DNA of 50,941 nucleotides from Deltaproteobacteria bacterium (GTDB lineage Bacteria; Myxococcota_A; UBA9160; SMWR01): NCBI GenBank assembly GCA_032128115.1, contig JAQBHB010000048.1, positions 1 to 50,941 of the forward strand, read 5' to 3'. Shown piece by piece: positions 36,686 to 46,823 of this stretch (position 1 is its first letter; each line of letters starts with the position of its first letter). The notes under the pieces were generated by a model. It saw only the letters and a program-made list of their open reading frames with translations, ran no database searches and was not told where the DNA came from. The position numbers and the translations under genes were made by a program.

Positions 36686-38497
36686 TCAACCGCGAAGTAC
36701 GTTGAATCCGAATGAGATCCGCAAATCATCTGACTCGTGTGGAATTGTCCCGTGCCAATAGTAGGCCGGAAACAACAGGAGCATCCCTTCGGCCGGTTGG
36801 ATCGTACGTGGCTGCGGTGTGAATGTGTATTTGTATTGGTCATCGGGAGGGCGACCGAACTCGATCCAGCCAGCTTGACCAGTCTCCGACACGCGAACAC
36901 TTTCAGGTACGCGCAAATAGAGCACGCCACTGATCCAAGCTTGCATATGGATATGAGCAGGCATGTAAGCGCCGGAACCCATTACGGTGCCCCAGCTGGT
37001 GATACCGATTCTGGCCGGCCGTGCATTCAGCAGCAGGGGATCGGTATCAGACAGATGCTTCTGGTATTGAAGTACCTGCGTGCGGATTGCGTTATTGAGC
37101 GCCACGATCGCCGGACCAGCGGAGCGCCCCAAGATTGCCGAACGGAAAAAATTCTCTGGCGCATCCGCAGGCGATTGTGTTTCCAGTTGTTGCTGATGCA
37201 AGATGAACTCTTGCAGTTGGTGGCTCAAATCGGGGTCAAGTTCCAGGCGGGCCTGCATTAGGGACCGGTCATAATCGGGTTTCGCGAGGGCAGTGCGGAG
37301 CTCACCACCTTCAGCATGAACAATCTGCGCCAATCCACCGATTCCCAATTCGTCAGGGAATCGACTGCGACAGCGTTCAATACATGCCGCGGCACTCGCT
37401 ACCTCACCTTGATTGAATAACGCAGTGGCAAGTTCAACGAACGCAGAATAACAACCTGGATCGGCAAGAATCGCCTGTTCTGCACACTCTTGTGCCTGTG
37501 CATACCGTTCCAATCTGATCATCTCGCGCGCGAGTGGAACCTGGATCAATCTCTGGTTCGGGACAGATCGTATGGTCTTGTTCAAAACATCTAGACACGT
37601 CTCCGGCGACCCATACTTGAGTTCTGTCTGCGCCCGCGCCAGGTTGTGAATGAGGTTCTCGGTAAATTGATTGAACGATCTGGGTTTCGCATTATGAGAT
37701 GTTCTGGTGAAAGCGTCCGCCTTTAGATGCGGCCCATGATCGACGTGGATGGTTCTGTCGAGTTTCTTGCCGGCAAACGTACCGCAGAAATTCCAGGCTT
37801 CATCAAGAACTTTCAACTTCAGATCGTGGACGTTTCTATCCGGACTCAACAGTTGAGCCAACGCCAGTTGATCGTGCAATAACATTTTGCGCCGCGTGGT
37901 CTGATCTTGGATCGAAGACATATAATCAATTGTGGGCATGGGGTCTTGTGCATGAGCCTCCAACTGCGCAAGAAACAATTGTTTCCAATGCTCGAACATT
38001 TGCAGCACATTCGGAGTTTTCCGGTACAGGATCACACCGCTGTTGAACATCCGGTGCCCGTAATGCTTGACGCCGATGCTCAAGTCGGGCGGATCCTCGG
38101 CCAGGGCAATTTCATAGACATCCAGAATGTCGAATATTTCACCGACCGCATTGCTGGTGAAGCGGGTATCAGCATCCAAGAAGAACGTCCGTTGGTATGG
38201 GCTTTGAGGCAGGCTCAACAGCTGTGTGCGCAGTCCGCGTCCCCACTCCGTACCACAATCTGTATCTACCTCAATCGGCAAGACCGTATCAAAACACTGA
38301 TCATCGAGTAGCTTGGATTCTCGCAGATCTGTAAAAACACAAACCGGAAGGTGCGGACAGTGGCGTTTCAAGCTGAGTGCAGAAGCCCTCGCCTCGACAA
38401 GATACTTTTCTTTACGCGTTGCGACGTATAGGACGCCGTTTTCCGCACTGGCGGGTGAAGTGTTCGTTGCTGCCGCCCTATTGTCTGATTGGTGCAT
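36686..38497 (-). CDS. Fusion: GT-A nucleotide-diphospho-sugar transferase, TPR-like repeats, 2OG-Fe(II) oxygenase
   Basis: N-term GVLYVAT..TFFLDADT..FNSGVILY..DQLAL; helical TPR-like middle; C-term HIH..WISGVLY..PAEGMLLLFPAYYWH..RISFGFN. Confidence 0.78.
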   Translation of the reverse strand: MHQSDNRAAATNTSPASAENGVLYVATRKEKYLVEARASALSLKRHCPHLPVCVFTDLRESKLLDDQCFDTVLPIEVDTDCGTEWGRGLRTQLLSLPQSPYQRTFFLDADTRFTSNAVGEIFDILDVYEIALAEDPPDLSIGVKHYGHRMFNSGVILYRKTPNVLQMFEHWKQLFLAQLEAHAQDPMPTIDYMSSIQDQTTRRKMLLHDQLALAQLLSPDRNVHDLKLKVLDEAWNFCGTFAGKKLDRTIHVDHGPHLKADAFTRTSHNAKPRSFNQFTENLIHNLARAQTELKYGSPETCLDVLNKTIRSVPNQRLIQVPLAREMIRLERYAQAQECAEQAILADPGCYSAFVELATALFNQGEVASAAACIERCRSRFPDELGIGGLAQIVHAEGGELRTALAKPDYDRSLMQARLELDPDLSHQLQEFILHQQQLETQSPADAPENFFRSAILGRSAGPAIVALNNAIRTQVLQYQKHLSDTDPLLLNARPARIGITSWGTVMGSGAYMPAHIHMQAWISGVLYLRVPESVRVSETGQAGWIEFGRPPDDQYKYTFTPQPRTIQPAEGMLLLFPAYYWHGTIPHESDDLRISFGFNVLRG

Positions 38498-38503
38498 TGA
38501 TTC

Positions 38504-39136
38504 TCACGCCCTTTCGACCGCGAGCACATCAATATTGATGGTGACCCTCTCTCCGCGACCTACAACCGCTTCTACACGGTGTGCAACGAAACTTGGAAAA
38601 AGGAACAATCGGCCGGGGATGGGTTGCAAGTTGACCAGATCGGTTTCCCAAGTTGTGCGGGTCGATAGTCGTCCGGTACGTGGATCGACCAATGTGAGTG
38701 CGCCGCCGCCATTGTCCCTGCTGTCTCTGTCCGTTGCATGATCAACGCAATACACACCAGTGAGATCAGTTCTGGAATGCACATGCTGATGTTGGTACCC
38801 ATTCTCAGAAAGAATGACCGCCCAACCCTTATACCGGTGCTTCAAGCGCGGAAGCACCTGTTGCGCCCCTGTTTGGCTCGTCCAATAGTTCAAATATGAA
38901 CGAATGCTTTGATCGAAGAATTTTCGGAGGGCTTGTATCTCCGGAACATCGTGTTCGAGCAGGTCGCTCCTGGATCGCCAGCCCTGGCAAATCGTGGTCG
39001 CTCTTTGTTCGGATGGCATCTCATCACGAATGCGATGTATGAATTGGAGCAAGTTCGCATTGAGCGGCTCAGGTTCCGGATGATCAATTTCTGCAAAAAT
39101 CGTTGGAAAGATTGACCGGATTCGCATTTCATCCAT
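38504..39136 (-). CDS. Putative 2OG-Fe(II) oxygenase (TIGR02466-like)
   Basis: IFPT start, GWRS, HVH..LTGVYCV, DPR, PGRLFLFPSFVAH, RVTINID. Confidence 0.82.
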   Translation of the reverse strand: MDEMRIRSIFPTIFAEIDHPEPEPLNANLLQFIHRIRDEMPSEQRATTICQGWRSRSDLLEHDVPEIQALRKFFDQSIRSYLNYWTSQTGAQQVLPRLKHRYKGWAVILSENGYQHQHVHSRTDLTGVYCVDHATDRDSRDNGGGALTLVDPRTGRLSTRTTWETDLVNLQPIPGRLFLFPSFVAHRVEAVVGRGERVTINIDVLAVERA

Positions 39137-39832
39137 CTGTTGCCTCTGTCGGGTGTCAGCGCGCTCTAGCCCGGCCGACGAGCGAATGCCGCCTGACCAT
39201 TTTGGATGCAGTCAGTCGGTCCGATATCACCCTTCGGCAGATCGGGAGCCTTCGCTAAATACCGGGCAGAGGCCCGCCCACGTCGGTCACCCGACAAGGA
39301 GCGCCCTACTTGAAGGGGCCCTCGCGCGTGACAGACCACGCGAATCGCCTGAGGTGTCTTCGTATTTAAACTCAATGGAATCAATGGGTTACAAGGATGG
39401 TAAGCCCTCGGCCATTCTCGTGGTTTCGCCGCCGAAATGACCTGCCCTGGGATTTTCTGCCCAATGATTCCTGGAAAACGGCTCCGTTTTGGTTCTCGGT
39501 TGAACTTCGTCGGGCGTGTCTCGGAACTTCCCGTTGAAGCTTTCGTTCGATCCGTTCTGCCTGTGTCACTTCTCGCGATCTGGCGGCCGTCGCCTTGGGC
39601 GGTGGCGGCTGGCCAGGCGTCGATCCCCATCGTCAACAGCTCGGTTCGATTGACGTTGGATGCCGCCCGGCGGCATATTGGGGTGGCACTGTCGTGTGCG
39701 GTAATCGCTGCTTCCGGCGCGTCAACGCGGATCGATCGGGCGGTGCGAGCCAGCGAACGTCGACTCGCGCGTAGCCTGCCAGCTATTCTCTGACGTTCGA
39801 AGTTGTTCCTCAGGAGGTGGACGGCGGGCCCA

Positions 39833-40480
39833 ATGTCAGCGGAGCGTCGGAGAACCGTGAACCGGTACGACCTGGTGGCATCGGTGTTCGAAGCGACAAC
39901 CTATGCCGTCTCGCTCGGGCTGGCTCCCAGCGTCTATCGGGGCGTCTCGGATCTTCTTCGCGTTCCCCGGGACTCGACTGTGCTTGAAGTCGGTTGCGGG
40001 CCGGCCAGCCTGACGCCGTATCTTCTCGAGTCAACGGACGACGACACGTTGATCGTTGGAATCGATGTTGCGCCTCGGCTCGTTGCGAAGGCTCAATCGA
40101 AGAGCCATCGACATGGATGGGCTCGCGTCCAGTTCGAGTGCGCGGACTTCGACGCCTACGAACCCGCGTCTCCACCGGCGGCGATCGTCTTCTGCCTGGC
40201 CCTGTCAGCCTTTCCGGACCCGGACCGGGCGATTCGGCGAGCACTCTCACTCCTGCCGGGTGGCGGGCAGCTCATCGTTGCCGATTCGATTCCGAGCTGG
40301 AAGCAGCCCTGCCACTGGCCCGCATCGATGTACATGCACCTGAAGGCAACGTTCTTGGGTGCTCGCCCCTCTGCAGACCTGCTTGCAATCGCCCAGAGTC
40401 AGCTCGTCGAGAAGACCGAGCGCACGATCGGTCGCGGCCTCTATACGCTTTTCGCGGGCCGCAAGACCGCCGCCTCATGA
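39833..40480 (+). CDS. Class I SAM-dependent methyltransferase
   Basis: VLEVGCGPA, GIDVA, LLPGGGQLIVAD. Confidence 0.8.
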   Translation: MSAERRRTVNRYDLVASVFEATTYAVSLGLAPSVYRGVSDLLRVPRDSTVLEVGCGPASLTPYLLESTDDDTLIVGIDVAPRLVAKAQSKSHRHGWARVQFECADFDAYEPASPPAAIVFCLALSAFPDPDRAIRRALSLLPGGGQLIVADSIPSWKQPCHWPASMYMHLKATFLGARPSADLLAIAQSQLVEKTERTIGRGLYTLFAGRKTAAS

Positions 40481-40538
40481 CGAGGCGACGAAGTCGGATG
40501 TTGAAGGGCGTGGTTCAAATCACCGCTGGACGCTCCAC

Positions 40539-41144
40539 TCACACCGAGCACCTGGGGAACCAAGGTTCCGCGCCGCGGGGTCCGCAGTACGTGAGGGCCA
40601 CGGCGGTAGTATCGATCGCTCGACCACCGGGGTCGACGATGGTGCCGGCATAGAGAGCGGCGATCGCCCCCTGATAGAGGCCGGGGCCCACCAGGGCCAG
40701 GTCGGAGGATCCCTCGGGCAGGTGGAGTACGAAGTCGCCGGTGTGGCCGCCTTCGAAGCGGGGAACCCCGTGGCGCGTGGAGCGCTCGACCCACCCCAGC
40801 GGCACGTCCTGGCCGTAGCCCAGGCGGCCATGGCCGCGGTCGCTCGCGTAGCGAAGCCGGAGGTCCGGGGTGGCCGTGGCGGGACCCTGGGGAATCGGAA
40901 TCGGCACACTCAGCGTCAGGGCGCCTGTCGTCGGGTCTACGTGAGGTGGAACCGGAGCCGAGGCGCCCAACTGGAGGCCGGGGCCGGCTTCTTCTTCGAC
41001 GGGATCCGGGTCCGGGATTTCCGAGTCGACCTGGGCGGCGGCTGGCGCACCGGCCACGATCAGGATTCCAGCTAGAATCCGAAGACTTATGCGGAGATTT
41101 GCCAGCGCGCGATGCGGCGTTGCCCGGGTATCAACCCGCGACAT
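40539..41144 (-). pseudogene. Truncated SpvB/TcaC-N-terminal-domain (RHS/Tc-like) secreted protein
   Basis: Signal peptide, then VDPTTGALTLSVPIPIPQG..PDLRLRYAS..GRLGYG..VERSTRHGVPRF; ends at about 200 aa. Confidence 0.6.
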
Positions 41145-41330
41145 CTCCGCATACCTCCAGGTGTCGCCAGCGCTCCCCTCCCGGGAACAGGTCGTCACCC
41201 ACCATCCTGAAATCGGTCGTGTGACACGTCAACCGCTGACTGCGTGGAACACCCCATATACGGGTTCAGACGATACTACCCTCAACGCCGCGGCCCTCTC
41301 CACAGCGCTACGCTGCCGACTCGGGCAGTC

Positions 41331-43028
41331 ATGAAGTTCCTCGCTTCCCAGCTCAGCTACCTGCTCGAGCGCCAGGAAAATCGGCGCAACCTCCGCTCCC
41401 TCAGCGCATACCTGGCGTTCCTGACCGCAACCGTCGTTGCCTACTCGATCGTCTTCCACGTGCTGATGCTCTACGAGGGGCAGCAGCACTCCTGGCTCAC
41501 CGGGCTGTACTGGACCCTCACGGTGATGAGCACTCTGGGATTCGGCGATATCACATTCCATTCGGACCTGGGTCGGCTCTTCAGCATCGCGGTACTGATG
41601 TCGGGAATCGTCCTGCTGCTCGTCATGCTGCCGTTCGTGTTCATCCGATTCTTCTACGCGCCCTGGCTCGAGGCGCAGTTGCACCTGCGCGCTCCCCGCG
41701 AAGCAGCCAAGGACGCCCGAGGCCACGTGATCCTGTGCGGATACGATGAGTTCGCCCAGGGTCTGATCGAGCGGCTCGCCGACCTGGGAATCCCCTACTA
41801 CGCGATCGAGCCCGACCCCGCTCGGGCGTCGGCTCTGCACGCGGACGGTGTGAGTGTCGTGCTGGGCGAGGTGGACGCGAGATCCACCTTCGAGGGTTTG
41901 CGAACTTCCCACGCCCGGCTGATCATCGCCAACCTGGATGACGCCGTGAACACCAACGCCACCTTGACGGTGCGCGAGATCTCCTCCGAAGTGCCCATCG
42001 CCGCCCTGGCCGAAGACAAGGATTCGATCGACATCCTCGAGCTCGCCGGCGCGAACTACGTGCTGCCTCTCAAGCACCGCCTGGGACAACAACTGTCGCG
42101 ACGCGTCATGGTGGGAACCCACCAGGCGCACGAGGTGGGGCGCTTCAACGAACTGGTGATCGCCGAGCTTCCGGTTCACGACACCCCCCTGGCCGGCCGC
42201 ACCGTTGCCGACACCCGGCTCCGCCAGCTCACGGGGCTCAACATCGTGGCGGTATCGGAAAGGGGACGTCTGCTGCCGGCCCGTGCCGACACGCTGCTCA
42301 CCGAATCCAGCGTTGCCGTGTTGGTGGGAAACGAGGAGCAGATCGCCTCACTCGACGCCATCTTCGTGATCTACGAGCCCAACGAAAATCCGGTGCTGGT
42401 GATCGGCGGGGGCAAGGTGGGACGCGCTTGCATGCGAGCCCTGAAGCAGCGGAACGTTCCGGTTCACGTGCTGGATCGCGACCCGAAGCTTCGGCCCCTG
42501 CTCTCGCAGATCGCCGATCGGGTGTTCGTGGGGGACGCCGCAGATCGCGAGATTCTGACCAGGGCGGGCCTGGCGGATGCGCCCTCGGTCGTTCTCACCA
42601 CCAACGACGACGCCATCAACATTTTCCTGACCGTCTACTGTCGACGTCTGAACCCAACGACGCGGATCGTGAGCCGCATCTCCCGCGAACGGAATCTGGA
42701 GGCGATCCACCGGGCCGGAGCCGACTTCGCGCTGAGCTACACCACACTCGGTGCAACGTCGCTGCTCTCGCTGGTACACGGCCGTGAGATCGTGCTCGCC
42801 GGAGAGGGGATTGATCTGTTCGTCGAACGCGTTCCGGAGAAGCTGTTGGGGCGAAGCGTCCGCGACGGTGAGATTGCAACTCTCTCAGGGCTCAATGTGA
42901 TCTCCGTGCAGGGGGCCGAAGGTCCGAGAGTCGACCCCATCCACGAAACCAAACTGTGCGAGGGCGACGAACTCGTGATGCTCGGCAGCGCGCATCAGCT
43001 CGCCGAGTTCCGCAAGATCTTCGCGTGA
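41331..43028 (+). CDS. Potassium channel protein with tandem TrkA-N/TrkA-C (RCK) domains
   Basis: Pore motif TMSTLGFGDITF; Rossmann motifs ILCGYD and VIGGGKVG. Confidence 0.9.
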   Translation: MKFLASQLSYLLERQENRRNLRSLSAYLAFLTATVVAYSIVFHVLMLYEGQQHSWLTGLYWTLTVMSTLGFGDITFHSDLGRLFSIAVLMSGIVLLLVMLPFVFIRFFYAPWLEAQLHLRAPREAAKDARGHVILCGYDEFAQGLIERLADLGIPYYAIEPDPARASALHADGVSVVLGEVDARSTFEGLRTSHARLIIANLDDAVNTNATLTVREISSEVPIAALAEDKDSIDILELAGANYVLPLKHRLGQQLSRRVMVGTHQAHEVGRFNELVIAELPVHDTPLAGRTVADTRLRQLTGLNIVAVSERGRLLPARADTLLTESSVAVLVGNEEQIASLDAIFVIYEPNENPVLVIGGGKVGRACMRALKQRNVPVHVLDRDPKLRPLLSQIADRVFVGDAADREILTRAGLADAPSVVLTTNDDAINIFLTVYCRRLNPTTRIVSRISRERNLEAIHRAGADFALSYTTLGATSLLSLVHGREIVLAGEGIDLFVERVPEKLLGRSVRDGEIATLSGLNVISVQGAEGPRVDPIHETKLCEGDELVMLGSAHQLAEFRKIFA

Positions 43029-43073
43029 TCCCGGCCCTGGATGGCGCGCATGGGCCCCGGGTATAGCCAAACC

Positions 43074-43935
43074 GGCTCTTCCGGATTCTGTGTGGGTCCG
43101 ATGAGTGCCTGTTTTCTCTGGGGAATGGGCTGAGAGCGGGAACCGGAAGGGGTTCCGGCTTGTATCGAGCAGTCTCTGTCGTCGGTACAGTGTCGCGATG
43201 CAAGATCGAACTCTCTATGCGCGACTTCTCGGGATCGAGGATCCATGGCGAGTGACGGACGTGACGCTTGCTTGGAGGAAGAGAACGCGGTCGCGGTGTC
43301 GGTGGCGATCGATCCGGGAGCGGCGCTTCTTTGCCCCACGTGTCAAAGCCGGGGGTCTCGCTTCACAGCCCTCTTCGAGGCGCTCGTCATCGACTGGTTG
43401 AAGGAAGCCGCAGCGGCCTCGCCGCATCGGGGTCGATGAGACGTCGTTCCGTAAGCGTGCCGAGTACATCACGGTCGTGAACGATCTGGATCGGAACTGC
43501 GTTCTCTGGATCGGTGACAACCGAAAGAAACAAACGCTGAGTGCCTTCTACGCAGAACTGCGTGCAGAAGGCTGTGCGAGGCTCGAATCGGTCGCGATGG
43601 ACCTGTGGCTCACGAACCCAGATCGGATGAGTTCAAAGCGAGGGCAAGGGTTCGCCTCGCTTCGCGGCAGTCAGCTGCGGGTGGCGCGGGCCTGGGCGAT
43701 CAAGCGCGTTGCCCGATTGATCAAGTACTCCTGGGACGGCGTGATCAACGCGGCAACGACGAACGTCACCCATGCCCGGAGCGAGGGCTTGAACTCGAAG
43801 ATCCAGTAGATCGAGCGAATGGCATGCGGCGATCGGAACCGGAAACGATTCCACAACGCCATCTACTTCCACCTCGCCGACCTTGAGCTGTATCCGGACT
43901 CTCTCAAACCAACCCACACGAATGCCTGAAGCACC
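43074..43935 (+). mobile_element. ISL3-family IS remnant with both terminal IRs and multiple internal deletions
   Basis: Left end ggctcttccggattctgtgtgggt; right end (rc) ggtgcttcaggcattcgtgtgggt; peptides LYARLLGIEDPWRV, SRFTALFE, VDETSFRK, VAMDLW, SEGLNSKIQ*; frameshifts. Confidence 0.85.
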
Positions 43936-43950
43936 GTTCTTCCTATCCCC
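43935..43950 (+). repeat. 16-bp direct repeat, copy 1 (copy 2 at 45427-45442)
   Basis: cgttcttcctatcccc identical at both sites. Confidence 0.7.
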
Positions 43951-43960
43951 CCGAGGCACG

Positions 43961-44548
43961 CTAGTTGCGGATCCCGGTCACCCGCCCATCGACGTCGAAT
44001 TCCACTGCGATGCGGTTGAAACGGTTGCGCCAGTAGATCCAGCGATCCGCCTCCAGCGTCGGATTCACGTGCCGCGGCGGCGGCCCCATCGCGAGAAACA
44101 CGCCGCGGCGGGTCATTCCGGGGAGCGCCTTTCCCTGCCGGATCCCTCGCTGATCGAGTTCGCCCAGCTGATCGAGTTCGTCCCGGGGACAATCCGTTCC
44201 AAAGAACCGCGCCAGATTTGTGCGGAACCTCTCCGCTGCGGCTTTGTGATTGAGGTACTCGTAGGTCCGGCCCGTTTCTTCGACGCGAAATCTCATCCGG
44301 TCCGTCTCGAGTTCGAGAAGCACCACCGGTGTGCAGAGAGGAATCAGACCCGCCTGCTGGTAGTTGACGGCATAGAGTCGCGTCCGCACCTCGTCCGGGT
44401 GGAGATTCACCCGGGTCACCACGTCTTCCGTTCCCACGAGCGCGGCGATTCCAGAGGGCCAGGGCGGCGGCGGTGCGGGTGAACTCGAACAGGCCAGCAC
44501 CATCGAGGCGAGCATCAGGGGTGCGAATCGAGATTGCGCGCGCAGCAT
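43961..44548 (-). CDS. Lipoprotein with SmpA/OmlA-like C-terminal motif
   Basis: Lipobox VLAC; GMTRRGVFLAMGPP..WIYW..VEFDVDGRV. Confidence 0.7.
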   Translation of the reverse strand: MLRAQSRFAPLMLASMVLACSSSPAPPPPWPSGIAALVGTEDVVTRVNLHPDEVRTRLYAVNYQQAGLIPLCTPVVLLELETDRMRFRVEETGRTYEYLNHKAAAERFRTNLARFFGTDCPRDELDQLGELDQRGIRQGKALPGMTRRGVFLAMGPPPRHVNPTLEADRWIYWRNRFNRIAVEFDVDGRVTGIRN

Positions 44549-44550
44549 CG

Positions 44551-45207
44551 CTATCGGATCACGAACAGCTTCGAGAGGACCCAGAGGACGCCGTAGCCGA
44601 TGTAGCCCAGGGGTCCCAGGATGACTTGCGGTTGGAGGGTCACGGAGAGCGACGACAACTCGACCTGGGACCGGAGCCGGTCAAAGCGCGCCTGCATGAC
44701 CTCGATCTCCGATTGAACGCGGTTGAGTTCGCTCTCGATGGCGAGAACGTGTTCGACCTCGGTGGCCCGCGCAAGGAGCTGCTGGAGCCTGTCGCGAAGT
44801 GCCTGGTTGTTCCGGATCCTCGTCTCAAGATCGGAGTATTGCTCGGTCACGTCGGCTGCGGATACGGAGCGGCGCTCTTCGTCGCCGAGGGCCGCGATGA
44901 CGTCCATGGTCACATCCAGTTTGGGGGCGGGGATCCGGCATTGAATCCAGATGTTCGCATCGCGCGTGGCCGTGGAGTGCTCCACGAAGCCACCCGCCTG
45001 CTTCACCAGCTCTTCGACCTTTGCCGACGTCTCCTCGGGCGCGCTCACGGTAAGGACGAGAACCCCCGATCGCACCACTTTGCGGTCTTCCGGGGAAGGC
45101 GCCCTGGCGATCGACTCGGCACCGAACGAGCCACCGTTCGTGTTACACGCGATCGCCACAGCTGCGATCACGACGCCAGCCAGTGTCGGACGTGAAAGCC
45201 GCGCCAT
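44551..45207 (-). CDS. DUF4349-like lipoprotein
   Basis: Lipobox AIAC; RKVVRSG, GGFVE, RIPA, DVTEQYSDL, coiled coil, C-terminal TM. Confidence 0.78.
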   Translation of the reverse strand: MARLSRPTLAGVVIAAVAIACNTNGGSFGAESIARAPSPEDRKVVRSGVLVLTVSAPEETSAKVEELVKQAGGFVEHSTATRDANIWIQCRIPAPKLDVTMDVIAALGDEERRSVSAADVTEQYSDLETRIRNNQALRDRLQQLLARATEVEHVLAIESELNRVQSEIEVMQARFDRLRSQVELSSLSVTLQPQVILGPLGYIGYGVLWVLSKLFVIR

Positions 45208-45638
45208 GCTGTAATCCTACCGCCCCGGGCCGCCTCCGTCGCGCCCGCAGAGCTGAAGGTCCGCGTCCAGGTAGTGGACGTGGCTGCCGCGGTGCCTGGC
45301 GACGCTTCGGCAGCGGAGGCGGCCGTCGCGACGAAGCTCGGCGGGTTGCTGGGCGATGAGGGGATTGGCGGTCACGCTGAAGGGCTGACGGAACGCTTAC
45401 TTATCGGACCTCGCGGAAACCCGGCTCGTTCTTCCTATCCCCATCTGGGACCTGGGAAGAAAGGAACGAAACGCTGAGGTGGTGCGGGCGGCTCGTCATT
45501 GCCGCCGGGTTCGCTGGTCGAACCGATCGTTAGAAGGACCCGCCCGCTCATCGCACCGCCTGGAGCGAACCATGTAGAATCCACTCAACGGTGGGCCCTG
45601 ACGGCAGGGCCCACATAGAAGGCGGCGTCGAGGTAGAT

Positions 45639-45923
45639 ATGAATCAGAAACCGGGCAAAGCTCAGCCTGAATCCACCGAGGTCACCAGTTCCGGCTCGGC
45701 GGTCGGGCGGGTCGTCCGATTCGTCACGCGGCATCCGATCGGAATAGCCCAGTTCGTCTTCTGGTCGCTGGTTGCAATCGTCATCTTCCAGAACCTCGAA
45801 TCCACCTCCATCGATGTGCTGTTCTGGTCGTTCCCCGCCTTTCCGAAATTGGTCCTCATTTTCTTCTCGATGCTCGTTGGGGCGGCTGCCTGGGAGCTCG
45901 TGCGCCGGCTGTTTCGCCGCTGA
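45639..45923 (+). CDS. Small two-TM membrane protein (LapA-like)
   Basis: IVIFQNLESTSIDVLFWSF..LVLIFFSMLVG; gagg RBS upstream. Confidence 0.65.
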   Translation: MNQKPGKAQPESTEVTSSGSAVGRVVRFVTRHPIGIAQFVFWSLVAIVIFQNLESTSIDVLFWSFPAFPKLVLIFFSMLVGAAAWELVRRLFRR

Positions 45924-45953
45924 ACCGCGGCCCCATGACGGCGGTCATCGCTC

Positions 45954-46200
45954 TCAATCCTCCGTGGCTCGACCGGGCCGGTCCAACTCGACGCGTACTC
46001 GCTTGATCGTCCGTTCCGTGGCCTCTTCAACGATGAACCGACGCGCGTCCATCAGGTAGGTGCCGTCTTCGAGGACCTCATACCTTCGTTGCTCGCGAGC
46101 CAGGGGCTCCTCGAACGCGTAACCTGCCTCGACTTCACCCACAACAGCCTCCACGACGTCCTCGATCGTGATGATGCCCATCGCCGACCTGTATTCTCCC
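45954..46200 (-). pseudogene. CBS/CorC-HlyC C-terminal fragment, apparently internally deleted
   Basis: EYRSAMGIITIEDVVEAVVGEV..YLMDAR joined directly to RFIVEEATERTIKRVRV. Confidence 0.6.
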
Positions 46201-46239
46201 CCCGTCAAAGTCAGGGCACGCCAGAGCCTCCGCCAAACC

Positions 46240-46392
46240 CGGGGCGGTTCAATCCGAACCTTGGTCGCCACCGGCACGGAGATATCTCGAACCCCGGAGC
46301 CGTCGACGGCACCTCTGGCCGGCCTGGGCCTGCTCGTGCTCGGTGGCTACGCTGCCCGCCGCCGGGTACGACGAAGAAGCAAGCGCGCCTGA
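46240..46392 (+). pseudogene. Orphan PEP-CTERM C-terminal sorting-signal fragment
   Basis: TPEPSTAPLAGLGLLVLGGYAARRRVRRR with no signal peptide or body upstream. Confidence 0.6.
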
Positions 46393-46424
46393 AGCGGCGC
46401 TCTCGCAGTCGACACTCCGACACG

Positions 46425-46449
46425 CCCCGCTTCGGCGGGGTTGTCCTTT
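46425..46449 (+). terminator. Putative intrinsic terminator
   Basis: ccccgc-TTCG-gcgggg hairpin followed by ttgtccttt. Confidence 0.55.
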
Positions 46450-46823
46450 CGGGCGTCCGGCGCGGAAGGTCCGGCGCGGAAGGGAAGGGCGCAAAGCAAA
46501 CGCCCCCGGGGCCGGGAGGCCCCAACGCCTGGCGCCGAGGGGGCATTCCGCCCATCGGTGGAACGTCTGTTCCCAATTCGGGAAATCTTGTTCAGATGGA
46601 ATCTGGCCGTCTGCTGGGCCGCCCAGCTCCAACTCCCTGTATGCGTTCAAGTTCGACGAAATGGGCCGCCCAATTTTCGCTGGGTATGAAGCTTGCACGC
46701 GTAACACTCCGGAGTTGACCAGGGAGAGCGACAGCTCTCCCACCGCATCGCATGTGACCAGGAGCGGGAAGGGGACCCGGCGCCCAGCCGGGGGCCCTAT
46801 CCTATCCTCGGGAGGGACCGCGA

